A stretch of DNA of 58,011 bases from Vallitaleaceae bacterium (GCA_029935405.1 JAOZKH010000002.1:18122-76132), one strand, 5' to 3'. Shown: positions 9,873 through 19,143, numbered from the stretch's first letter. Notes: generated by a model not told the origin, from the sequence alone. Program-made: numbers and translations.

Positions 9873-10823
9873 ATGCTAGACAAAGAAGAATATCAATTAA
9901 CTATTGATGCATCTGTATTATATTATCTTGAAGGAAAAACGCAAAGTCAAATCGCAAAAGAACTGTTTTTATCTAGACCTAAAGTTTCTAGATTGCTTAA
10001 GAAAGCAAGAGAACTTCAAATAGTAGATATTTCAATTAACTATCAAAATGAAGATATTGAACGTTTACAAGGTGAAGTTAGAAGAAAATTTAATGTACCT
10101 AATGTGATAGTAGCAAAAACGCTTACAGATGAAAATGAAACTCTTAGAGAAGTAGGAAAAGCAGCAGCAAAGGAATTAGCAATGTATTTACATGATAATA
10201 TGACATTAGGAATATCATGGGGAAAAAATGTGAGAATGACTGCTAGTTATCTTAAAAAACATAGATATATAAATATGCGAATAGTTGAGTTGTTTGGAGC
10301 AATAAGCTACGATTTAAATGAGACTGATATGTTAAGTATCGGACGTAGTATATCAAGTAAACTTAACGGAAAATTATATCCATTACCATCACCGATTTAT
10401 ATTAATGATCCTAATGCAAGAAAGGCAATAATTGAAACACCATTAATTCAGAACACATTATCAAAAATAAGTGATTGTGATCTTATACTAACAGGAATTG
10501 GTGCAATTGATAGTGAAGCGTTACAAACTCTTTGGGATAGTTATGTAGAAGCAGATATGAAAGAACAAATTATAGGAAATGGTGGAGTAGGGTTTATACT
10601 TGCTCACTTCTTTGATAAGAATGGCGAGTTTTTAGATATAACTGTTAATGAATGTGTTATTGGTATACAGACAGAAACAATTAAAACCAAAAAAATATTT
10701 GCAATAGCTTCAGGCAAAGAGAAGGCTAGAGCAATATATGCATCCCTTAGGGGTGGACTTATTAACACTTTGATTTCTGATGAAGAAACATTAAAAACAG
10801 TTTTAAAAATGACTGAAAAATAA
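9873..10823 (+). CDS. SorC/DeoR-family sugar-binding transcriptional regulator
   Basis: N-terminal HTH (YYLEGKTQSQIAKELFLSRPKVSRLL), GISWG sugar-binding domain. Confidence 0.9.
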   Translation: MLDKEEYQLTIDASVLYYLEGKTQSQIAKELFLSRPKVSRLLKKARELQIVDISINYQNEDIERLQGEVRRKFNVPNVIVAKTLTDENETLREVGKAAAKELAMYLHDNMTLGISWGKNVRMTASYLKKHRYINMRIVELFGAISYDLNETDMLSIGRSISSKLNGKLYPLPSPIYINDPNARKAIIETPLIQNTLSKISDCDLILTGIGAIDSEALQTLWDSYVEADMKEQIIGNGGVGFILAHFFDKNGEFLDITVNECVIGIQTETIKTKKIFAIASGKEKARAIYASLRGGLINTLISDEETLKTVLKMTEK

Positions 10824-10851
10824 AAATGATTTTAGAAAGGATGGGAGTAAA

Positions 10852-12567
10852 ATGATTCGTGGAATTGGTGCTAGTGATGGAATAAGTATAGGTAAAGTTT
10901 ACAAGTATAATCAAGCAGAATTAATTATTGAAAAACTTGCAGTAGAAGATACCGCTAGAGAAATTAAAAAGTTTAAAGAAGCTTTAGTAATTAGTGAAGA
11001 AGAACTTTCTGCAATTAGAGATAAAACCGAGAAAAATGTAGATGCGGAAACTGCTGCGATTTTTGGGGCGCATATAGAAATATTAAATGATCCGGAACTT
11101 AGTGGAGCAGTAGAATCAAAAGTTATAGATGAAAATGTAAACGCAGATTATGCGCTTAAAGAAGTTGCAGATACATTTGTTAGTATGTTTGAAGCTATGG
11201 ATAATGAATACTTTCGAGAACGAGCAGCAGATATTAAAGATGTAACAAAACGTGTTTTAATTCACATCCAAGGATTAGAAATCTCATCATTATCTGAAAT
11301 CAGTGAAGAAGTCATTCTTGTAGCTAAAGATTTAACACCTTCAGATACAGCGCAGCTTAATAAGAAATTGGTCAAAGGTTTTATCACTGATATAGGTGGA
11401 AGAACGAGTCACAGTGCAATAATGGCAAGGACTTTAGAAATTCCTGCAGTTGTTGGAACTAAGACAGGATTTGAAGAATTAAATACAGGTGATCAAGTTA
11501 TTTTAAATGGATCTACAGGTGAAATTGTATTAAATCCTACACAAAGTGAAGTAGATGATTATATAGCTAAAATCGAAGAATATAATAAACAAAAAGCTCT
11601 GTGGAGTGTATACAAAGACAAGAGTAGTTTAACTAAAGACGGCAAACATATTGAGATTGGTGCAAATATTGGTAATCCAGAAGATCTTGAAGGTGTATCT
11701 AAAAATGGTGGGGAATGTGTCGGCCTTTATAGAACAGAATTCTTATATATGGGAAAAAGCGATTATCCTAATGAGGAAGAACAATATAAAGCATATAAAG
11801 CAGTTCTTGAAGGAATGGAAGGTAAACCTGTTGTTATTAGAACATTAGACATCGGCGGGGACAAGGAACTTAGTTATCTGAAAATGGAACATGAGATGAA
11901 TCCATTCCTTGGAAACCGAGCATTAAGACTATGCTTAAATATGCCTGAAGTATTTAGAACGCAAATACGTGCATTGTTAAGAGCAAGTGTTTATGGAGAC
12001 CTTCATATTATGTTTCCAATGATTGCAACGGTTGATGAACTAAGAACAGCTAAAGAATTTATTGAAAACGTTAAAAATGAACTTATTAAAGAGGGTAGAG
12101 AAGTAAGTGATAAATACAAAATTGGTATTATGATTGAAATACCTGCGGCAGCTATTGCTTCAGATATTTTAGCAAAAGAAGTTGACTTTTTCTCGATTGG
12201 TACTAATGACTTAATTCAATATACATTTGCAGCAGATCGTATGAATGAAAAGGTATCATATTTATATCAGCCGTTTAATCCTTCACTGTTAAGACTGATA
12301 AAAATGGTTATAGATAATGCCCATAAAGAAGGTAAATGGGTTGGTATGTGCGGAGAAATGGCTGGTGAAATAAAGGCTTTACCTGTGCTTATTGGTTTGG
12401 GCCTTGATGAATTTAGTATGAGTGCACCAGGAATACTAAGAGCAAGATATTTAGCAGCAAAAATCGATACAAATGAGGCATCAGAACTAGCCGAGAAAAC
12501 TTTATCATGTGCTAATCAAGCAGAAGTGTTAGAATTAGTAGATGATTTTATTACAAAATTAGATTAA
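10852..12567 (+). CDS. ptsI: PTS enzyme I
   Basis: GGRTSHSAIMAR phospho-His, GLYRTEF and DFFSIGTNDL motifs. Confidence 0.97.
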   Translation: MIRGIGASDGISIGKVYKYNQAELIIEKLAVEDTAREIKKFKEALVISEEELSAIRDKTEKNVDAETAAIFGAHIEILNDPELSGAVESKVIDENVNADYALKEVADTFVSMFEAMDNEYFRERAADIKDVTKRVLIHIQGLEISSLSEISEEVILVAKDLTPSDTAQLNKKLVKGFITDIGGRTSHSAIMARTLEIPAVVGTKTGFEELNTGDQVILNGSTGEIVLNPTQSEVDDYIAKIEEYNKQKALWSVYKDKSSLTKDGKHIEIGANIGNPEDLEGVSKNGGECVGLYRTEFLYMGKSDYPNEEEQYKAYKAVLEGMEGKPVVIRTLDIGGDKELSYLKMEHEMNPFLGNRALRLCLNMPEVFRTQIRALLRASVYGDLHIMFPMIATVDELRTAKEFIENVKNELIKEGREVSDKYKIGIMIEIPAAAIASDILAKEVDFFSIGTNDLIQYTFAADRMNEKVSYLYQPFNPSLLRLIKMVIDNAHKEGKWVGMCGEMAGEIKALPVLIGLGLDEFSMSAPGILRARYLAAKIDTNEASELAEKTLSCANQAEVLELVDDFITKLD

Positions 12568-12591
12568 ACAAAAACTATTGGAGGTATCAAA

Positions 12592-12852
12592 ATGGCTAAA
12601 CAAACAGTACATATTACTAATGAAACAGGATTACATGCTAGACCGGCATCAGAATTTACAAAAATGGCAGCTGGTTTAAAATGTGAAGTTTTTCTAGAAA
12701 AAGAAGGTAAAAAAGTTAATGCAAAAAGTATTTTAGGAATCCTTTCACTTGCAATAGGTAAAGGTAATCAAATTGATATCATTACTGAAGGCGAAGGAGA
12801 AGAAGAAGGTTTATTAAAGTTAGTAGAATTTGTAAATGGATTAAATGATTAG
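12592..12852 (+). CDS. ptsH: Phosphocarrier protein HPr
   Basis: GLHARPA (His15) and NAKSILG (Ser46). Confidence 0.95.
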   Translation: MAKQTVHITNETGLHARPASEFTKMAAGLKCEVFLEKEGKKVNAKSILGILSLAIGKGNQIDIITEGEGEEEGLLKLVEFVNGLND

Positions 12853-12894
12853 TAAATTGAGTGTTAGATTGACAACAAAACCAAGGATAAAATA

Positions 12895-13158
12895 ATGGAA
12901 CAAATATGGATAGTATATGCTTTGATTAATGTCATTGTTTTTAGTATTTATGGAATAGATAAAGTAAAAGCTATAAGAAATAGTTACAGGATACCTGAGA
13001 AAATTTTAATTTTATTAGGTATCCTTGGGTCTTTTGGAGCTTTGTTTGGAATGCTTGCCTTTAGACATAAGATACGAAAAATCAAGTTCACAATAATTAT
13101 TCCACTATTTGTGATTATACATTCTATTTTGATTTTGTATATAAAATTTAGGAGTTAA
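12895..13158 (+). CDS. DUF1294-family membrane protein
   Basis: YGIDKVKA...RIPEK...GM..FRHK pattern. Confidence 0.85.
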   Translation: MEQIWIVYALINVIVFSIYGIDKVKAIRNSYRIPEKILILLGILGSFGALFGMLAFRHKIRKIKFTIIIPLFVIIHSILILYIKFRS

Positions 13159-13177
13159 AAACAAGTTTCACTAAATA

Positions 13178-13197
13178 TTTTTGACATTCTAACCATA
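13178..13197. repeat. Degenerate single arm of the REP-like palindrome
   Basis: TTTTTGACATTCTAACCATA versus consensus GTTTTGACACCTTAACCATA. Confidence 0.5.
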
Positions 13198-13249
13198 TAA
13201 TTAGTAATTAGAAAGGATTGCATCATTATAATGATCAGGTGGTAAGATA

Positions 13250-13822
13250 ATGGGCACTAAACTAAAGATTAAGTATCGTAAAAAAGAAGATATGTATGTA
13301 GTTGATTATTCAAGAGTTGCAAATCGTAAAAAGACACGTTTTGAATTACTTCAAATATTAAATAAAGATAAAGAACTTGTTATTTTTATTGATACTAGTC
13401 TCGGGAAAATTGATAAAAAACATAGTACGGGTGATTATTATGATTTTGAAAATGAAAATTCTAGAAAAACTCTTGTTGATTATTTAATAGAGCAACATTT
13501 AGAATACAGATTAAGATCAAGAAAGCGAGAATCATCTGTGAAGATGTTTGGGATATCAACTGGCAAGAGGAAAATTGTAGAAGACATATTAGTGGCGGTA
13601 GTGGTAGAAAAGGAAAAACTATCAGAAGAGTTGTTTGATTATTTATTGTGTACACATGACTATAGCATTGGTATTGATGCTACTAAAGATTTGAGTTCAA
13701 TAATCAGAGAATTTTCCAATGCAGATTATATAAGATTGGATGAAATGGAGTGGTTTGATACAACCTTAGTGGATTCTCATTTCTTAGGATTTATGTATAC
13801 AGGATATAAGTTTGAAGTTTAA
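13250..13822 (+). CDS. Hypothetical protein (190 aa)
   Basis: Long ORF with AGGTGG RBS; no recognisable motif. Confidence 0.7.
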   Translation: MGTKLKIKYRKKEDMYVVDYSRVANRKKTRFELLQILNKDKELVIFIDTSLGKIDKKHSTGDYYDFENENSRKTLVDYLIEQHLEYRLRSRKRESSVKMFGISTGKRKIVEDILVAVVVEKEKLSEELFDYLLCTHDYSIGIDATKDLSSIIREFSNADYIRLDEMEWFDTTLVDSHFLGFMYTGYKFEV

Positions 13823-13834
13823 TAACAAGAAAAT

Positions 13835-13873
13835 TAGTTAAGGTGTCAAAACTTTGTTTTGACACCTTAACTA
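13835..13873. repeat. REP-like perfect palindrome, copy A
   Basis: TAGTTAAGGTGTCAAAAC-TTT-GTTTTGACACCTTAACTA, 18-bp arms, between convergent genes. Confidence 0.9.
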
Positions 13874-13876
13874 TAG

Positions 13877-14518
13877 TTATATCTTTTGCATTTCTGTTAG
13901 AAAAGCTTGAATAGGTTGATTTCCAACTAATTCATATTCATCATTAATAACTATTTTTGGAACGCCTGATACATTGAACTTATTAGATATTTCCATAAAT
14001 GTTTGAGCTTCGATCATCTCAGCATCAATATTTTTATTCATTAGTGCAAGTTTGTGAGCTTTTTGAACAGCACCGGCACAATGTGGGCAAGCAAGAGTTA
14101 CAAAAACCTTAATGTTAATTGCTTTATCGAAACTTTTAATTTCTTTAGTAATATCTTCAGGTAATTCGCTTGTAGCACCTGATACTTCTAATAAAGCCGG
14201 AATAAGAGAGTTGATTTCATGACCAGCAGGTATTCCGTTAAATTTCACACCTTCATATTCACCTTTGGCATTTAATAATACAATACTAGGAACCATTGTT
14301 ACATTGTATTCTTTAGCTAGGTCGACATTATCAGTTGTAGTATATAATTTTACAAATAATTTTTCGCTTAACCCAGATAATTCTTCCATAAAGGATTTGG
14401 TTTCATTACAAGTTTCACAATCACCACCATCAGTAAATAAGGCTATTGTAACATTATCCTCTAATTTTTCAAAAACTTCTCTTAATTGATCTTGTAACTC
14501 TTTATTTAACATTTCCAT
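13877..14518 (-). CDS. Protein disulfide oxidoreductase (AhpF-NTD/glutaredoxin-like, two thioredoxin folds)
   Basis: CETC and CPHC motifs, GIPAGHE, VSGVP. Confidence 0.88.
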   Translation of the reverse strand: MEMLNKELQDQLREVFEKLEDNVTIALFTDGGDCETCNETKSFMEELSGLSEKLFVKLYTTTDNVDLAKEYNVTMVPSIVLLNAKGEYEGVKFNGIPAGHEINSLIPALLEVSGATSELPEDITKEIKSFDKAINIKVFVTLACPHCAGAVQKAHKLALMNKNIDAEMIEAQTFMEISNKFNVSGVPKIVINDEYELVGNQPIQAFLTEMQKI

Positions 14519-15512
14519 AATTTTCGATCCTTTCTTTTGCTTTTTGCATATTTATATAATCATTTGCAGCTAGTGCGGCTTTTGCTCCATCGCTAGTTGC
14601 AATAATAATCTGTTTGTAATTTACAATTGTTACATCTCCTGCAGCATATATTCCCGGGATATTTGTTGCACATTTTTCATCAACAATAACTTCCCCAAGG
14701 TCATTAAATTCAACTAAACCTTTTAATAAATAACTATTTGGTACGTTGCCTATTTCGATAAAAATACCATCTGCTTCAACAATAAAATCAGAATTATTTT
14801 CCTTATCTAATACATTGATATGAGTCATAAATTCTTCGCCTTCAATGGATTTGATTTGGGACTGAAGATGGATATCGATTTTAGAGTTATGATATAACTC
14901 ATCAATAAGAACTTTGTCAGCTCTAAATTGGCTACGGTGAACAATGGTAACATGATTGGCAACTTTTGCTAAATCAAGGGCAGCTTCTACAGCTGAATTA
15001 CCACCACCAGCAATAATTACATTTTTGTTTTTGTACAATGGAGCGTCACAGATTGCACAATATGCTACTCCACGACCAGCTAATCGATCTTCACCTTCAA
15101 CATCTAAATGTCTATGATTAGTTCCTGTTGCAAGAAGAATAGTACGACCTTTAAAAATTCTATTATCCGTTAATTTTACGGAATGTTCATTAACAGCTGT
15201 ATTTGGTGTTATCTCTTCTACATCAACATATTCAGCAATTTGTACGTCTAATGATGAGACGTGAGATTTGAAAGTTTCTACTAACTCCACACCTGTTGAA
15301 TTCTTAGTACCTAAATAGTTATCTACAGATGAAGTGTTTATTATTTGGCCGCCGATTTGTCTTGTGAGTATTGCAACGTCTAATCCTTTTCTTTTTGCAT
15401 ATAGTGCTGCGTTTAATCCTGCTGGTCCACCACCTATAATAATTAGGTCATAAAGCGTATCAGGTGTAGGTTCTTTAATATTGTGATTGTCTAAACTAAA
15501 TTGAAATGCCAT
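14502..15512 (-). CDS. trxB: Thioredoxin reductase
   Basis: IIGGGPAG FAD motif, GVAYCAICD redox CxxC, GGGNSA NAD(P)H motif, YAAGD. Confidence 0.9.
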   Translation of the reverse strand: MAFQFSLDNHNIKEPTPDTLYDLIIIGGGPAGLNAALYAKRKGLDVAILTRQIGGQIINTSSVDNYLGTKNSTGVELVETFKSHVSSLDVQIAEYVDVEEITPNTAVNEHSVKLTDNRIFKGRTILLATGTNHRHLDVEGEDRLAGRGVAYCAICDAPLYKNKNVIIAGGGNSAVEAALDLAKVANHVTIVHRSQFRADKVLIDELYHNSKIDIHLQSQIKSIEGEEFMTHINVLDKENNSDFIVEADGIFIEIGNVPNSYLLKGLVEFNDLGEVIVDEKCATNIPGIYAAGDVTIVNYKQIIIATSDGAKAALAANDYINMQKAKERIENYGNVK

Positions 15513-15555
15513 GATATTTCCTCCTTAGCATCCTTGTTAAAGGTGCTGAACTATT

Positions 15556-16221
15556 TTATGAATTCAAAATTTTGCTAACAGATGATTCTGATATTCCTCC
15601 AAATAATTCGCCTAAACTTTTAAGAGAAAGGGTTGAATTTTTTCTGAAAGCTTTTATTAATTCGTTTCTTTGTTTTTTGTCTGCAGTAAGTTCTGGAACA
15701 TTTGTACCTTTTAATGTGGCGATTTGTGATAGCTTTTTTGAAGCACTACTTATACTAGTTATACAATTATTACAATCTTCAAAATCTACTATGCTTTGTA
15801 TTACTGGTTGGATTTCATCAAAACACATATTATAGCAAATATTTGAATCAGTTGAGATGTTAAGATTATTAATCTGCAACTTGATATCATGCAGCGCGTT
15901 AGGGCTTTCAAGCTCATAACTTTTGTATCTATCAATAAAAAGCTTGCCGTCACATTTTGTATACATTGCATATGCGATATTAATACTTTTCATGATTTTT
16001 GAAAGATCACCACCATTTACATCAATAACTAAATCGTAAGAGTTGTCATCTAATAAGCAAAAACTGTGGAGAATAAAATCATATTTTTGTTGCGTGTTTT
16101 TTAGAATGGAAATAAATTTATCTTTATCATCATTACAAGTAAAAAGATTTCTACAGTGACCACCTTTTTGAATAATGTGATAAGTGCCAAATTCAGATTT
16201 GATTCTTGCTTGTCTTGCCAT
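15556..16221 (-). CDS. RAYT/IS200-like (Y1_Tnp) transposase derivative, predicted catalytically dead, Cys-rich, with C-terminal HTH
   Basis: MARQARIKS..GTYHIIQKG...LF...DKDKF...FCLL..N...LSKIMKSIN..YA...GKLF.DRYKS follows the clostridial RAYT pattern. HUH position reads NSYDL and the YIHxNP position reads QINNLN. C-terminal LSLKSLGELFGGISESSVSKIL HTH. Intact RBS AAGGAAAGGTGA. Confidence 0.75.
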   Translation of the reverse strand: MARQARIKSEFGTYHIIQKGGHCRNLFTCNDDKDKFISILKNTQQKYDFILHSFCLLDDNSYDLVIDVNGGDLSKIMKSINIAYAMYTKCDGKLFIDRYKSYELESPNALHDIKLQINNLNISTDSNICYNMCFDEIQPVIQSIVDFEDCNNCITSISSASKKLSQIATLKGTNVPELTADKKQRNELIKAFRKNSTLSLKSLGELFGGISESSVSKILNS

Positions 16222-16287
16222 GTAATCACCTTTCCTTTGATGAGTAAAGTATATTATAATTCGAGACGAAATTCAAGTACCGTCCCT

Positions 16288-16312
16288 AAATGTTAACAAT
16301 TTGTTCACATTT
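16288..16312. promoter_or_regulatory. Near-perfect 25-bp palindrome upstream of the RAYT-like gene; candidate operator
   Basis: AAATGTTAACAA-T-TTGTTCACATTT. Confidence 0.5.
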
Positions 16313-16352
16313 AAGTTTTTTTTTAAGACCAAATGCATTATATTTCTTTACA

Positions 16353-16397
16353 TATGGGGTAAAGAAGCATAAAATTAGTTTTGACACCTTAACCATA
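16353..16397. repeat. REP-like copy B (intact right arm, decayed left arm) upstream of the RAYT-like gene
   Basis: GTTTTGACACCTTAACCATA at 16378-16397. TATGGGGTAAAGAAGCATAAAAT before it resembles a decayed left arm. Confidence 0.8.
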
Positions 16398-16432
16398 ATT
16401 AAGATGATTTCTTAATTCTAAAGGAGAATATT

Positions 16433-18130
16433 ATGGAAAAATTCAGTGAATTACAGTATGAACCTATCAATTTGAAACAGTTTATGACAACTATTGAAAT
16501 ATTATTAAATGAATTTCAAAATGCGGACAATGTTAAAGAACAGCTTCATGTTTTTGAGGAAATTAATATAGAACGAAATCATGTTATGACAATGTTCGAA
16601 CTATGTTATGCTAGATATACCTTAAACACTAAAGACGAGTATTATGTTGCACAAATGGATTATGTTGACGAGATTGAACCTGAAATAAAAGGTGTGGAAT
16701 CTAAAATATATAAAGTTATTCTAAATTCTAAGTTTGTAAAAGAATTAGAAGAAGAGATTGGTACACTGTTTTTCCAAAAAGCAAAGTTTGCAATAAAAGC
16801 CTTTTCTGAAGAAGTAAAGAAAGAATTAGTTGTAGAGAACAAATTAACTAGTGAGTATACAAAAATAATGGCTTCTGCACAAATAGATTATAAAGGTGAA
16901 GTTAAAAATTTATCTCAAATGAAACCATATATGATTTCGAAAAATCGTAATGAAAGAAAAGAAGCAAGTGAAAAGTACTATGGGTTTCTAAAGGATAAAC
17001 AGGGAGAATTAGATAGAATATATGATGAATTAGTTAAAGTAAGAACAAGTATTGCAATAAAACTTGGATTTAAAAACTTTATAGAGCTTGGATATATTCG
17101 TATGTATAGATTAGACTATAATGAAGAAATGGTTGCTAACTTTAGGAAGCAAGTCTTAGAAGATATTGTTCCTATATCTTCTGAATTAAGGAAAAGACAG
17201 GTAAAACGTTTAAATCTTGAAACACTTGAATATTATGATATCGATTATATGTTCAAAAATGGAAATCCAAAACCACAGGGTAATCATGACTGGATTGTTG
17301 AACAGGGAAAATGTATGTATCAGGAATTGTCTGATGAAACAGCAGAGTTTTATACAATGATGATAGAAAGAGAACTAATTGACCTAGTTGCAAAGCCAGG
17401 GAAAAGCGGTGGCGGTTATTGTATGTATCTTCCAGACTTTAAAGTACCTTTTGTATTTAGCAATTTTAATGGCACAGAAGGAGATATTACTGTTTTGACA
17501 CATGAAATGGGGCATGCATTTCAAAGTTATCAATCAAGATGGATAAAAATACCTGAATTATGTAATCCGACTTATGAATCTGCGGAAATACATTCTATGA
17601 GCATGGAGTTTTTAACATACCCTTGGATGGAAAGATTCTTTGTACAAGATACAGATAAGTTTAAGTTTTTTCATATGTCAGATGGTATTTTATTTATACC
17701 TTATGGCGTATTGGTTGACCATTTTCAACATTATGTATATGATAATCCAACAAAAACGCCATCTGAGCGTCGTAGTATGTGGAGAGAACTAGAGAAAATG
17801 TATTTGCCGGCAGTAACATATAACGATAATTTGTATCTTGAAAATGGTGGTTATTGGCAAAAACAATCTCATATATTTGAAGACCCATTTTATTATATTG
17901 ATTACACATTGGCACAGATTTGTGCATATCAATTTTATGTTAAAGATTTAGAAAATCATAATGATGCGTGGCAAGATTATATGAACCTTTGCTCAGTTGG
18001 TGGAAGCAAACCATTCCTCGAACTATTGGAATTAGCCAACTTAAAATCACCATTTGAAGACGGAACAGTAAAGGATGTAATGAAAATTTTTGACAAAAAA
18101 CTTAAAGCTATTGATGATTCGAAATTCTAA
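16433..18130 (+). CDS. M3-family oligoendopeptidase
   Basis: HEMGH zinc motif, AEIHSMSME, HIFEDPFYYIDY. Confidence 0.92.
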   Translation: MEKFSELQYEPINLKQFMTTIEILLNEFQNADNVKEQLHVFEEINIERNHVMTMFELCYARYTLNTKDEYYVAQMDYVDEIEPEIKGVESKIYKVILNSKFVKELEEEIGTLFFQKAKFAIKAFSEEVKKELVVENKLTSEYTKIMASAQIDYKGEVKNLSQMKPYMISKNRNERKEASEKYYGFLKDKQGELDRIYDELVKVRTSIAIKLGFKNFIELGYIRMYRLDYNEEMVANFRKQVLEDIVPISSELRKRQVKRLNLETLEYYDIDYMFKNGNPKPQGNHDWIVEQGKCMYQELSDETAEFYTMMIERELIDLVAKPGKSGGGYCMYLPDFKVPFVFSNFNGTEGDITVLTHEMGHAFQSYQSRWIKIPELCNPTYESAEIHSMSMEFLTYPWMERFFVQDTDKFKFFHMSDGILFIPYGVLVDHFQHYVYDNPTKTPSERRSMWRELEKMYLPAVTYNDNLYLENGGYWQKQSHIFEDPFYYIDYTLAQICAYQFYVKDLENHNDAWQDYMNLCSVGGSKPFLELLELANLKSPFEDGTVKDVMKIFDKKLKAIDDSKF

Positions 18131-18255
18131 GTTGTTTCAACAAGTCACATAATCAAGTCATACAATGCGAATTGTATTAGTAAGTTAAATAATCTAGTTG
18201 TATGACCAAATGAAATAATTTGATAAAAGATTATCTATAGCTAAAAAAGTTAGGA

Positions 18256-19143
18256 GTGGTACGAGTGACAACAGAACAATATAAAGTTTTTTATCAGGTG
18301 GCAGAGAGTGGAAGTATATCTCGAGCTGCAAAAGTAATGTTTGTATCACAGCCTGCGGTTACAAAGTCGATTAAAATACTTGAAAATGAATTAAATGTTA
18401 TATTATTTATAAGAAATTCTAAAGGAGTAACGTTAACTAGAGAAGGAGAAGTGTTGTATTCTTATGTGAAGGAAGCCTTTGAAAAATTAGAACAAGGTAA
18501 AAAAAGAATGAGACAACTTAAGAATAATGAATATGGTAGTATTCGAATAGGTATAAGTAATATATTATGCAAATATTTTTTCATACCATATTTGAAGGCT
18601 TTTCATGAACGGTATCCTAACTTGAAAATAGAAATTATCAATAGAACAAGTCCTGAAACCTTGGAATTGTTGGAAATGGGACGCATTGATTGTGCGATAA
18701 TTAGTGATATTGGAAGAGGTAAATCTTATCATTATACAAGTTTGATGAACATTCAGGATACATTTGTAAGTAAAAATAAACCGCCAGAAGAAATTATAGA
18801 TATTAAAGAGCTTGAAAACTATCCATTATTACTACTAGAAAAAAAGAACGCAACTAGAACATCCTTTGATGAACATTTTTTAGAACATCAAGTTAATGTT
18901 AATGTTGAAATAGAAATATCTAGTATGGAATTTCTAATTGAATTTGCCAAAATTGGTTTAGGAGTTTCAGCTGTTATAGGGGAATTTGTAGAAGAAGAAT
19001 TGGGAAATGGAAGTCTTTATGAATGGAAAGTAAAGCCAATGTTACCTGTTAGAAGTGTAGGTTTGTTATATAAGTCAAGAGAACCTTTATCCATTGCTTC
19101 AAAAACTTTTATTGAATTTATGATTAATAAAAACCAGGATTAG
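18256..19143 (+). CDS. LysR-family transcriptional regulator
   Basis: SISRAAKVMFVSQPAVTKSIKILE HTH plus substrate-binding domain; start is approximate (GTG). Confidence 0.92.
   Translation: MVRVTTEQYKVFYQVAESGSISRAAKVMFVSQPAVTKSIKILENELNVILFIRNSKGVTLTREGEVLYSYVKEAFEKLEQGKKRMRQLKNNEYGSIRIGISNILCKYFFIPYLKAFHERYPNLKIEIINRTSPETLELLEMGRIDCAIISDIGRGKSYHYTSLMNIQDTFVSKNKPPEEIIDIKELENYPLLLLEKKNATRTSFDEHFLEHQVNVNVEIEISSMEFLIEFAKIGLGVSAVIGEFVEEELGNGSLYEWKVKPMLPVRSVGLLYKSREPLSIASKTFIEFMINKNQD

Noticed and set aside
15556-16221. Active IS200/IS605 insertion sequence
   Set aside because: HUH and catalytic Tyr appear absent, there is no tnpB, and the C-terminal HTH is RAYT-like.
16288-16312. Rex or Crp/Fnr binding site
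   Set aside because: Half-sites resemble them, but the spacing is wrong: 7 nt between TGTTAA and TTCACA versus 4 for Rex, and 9 versus 6 for Crp/Fnr.
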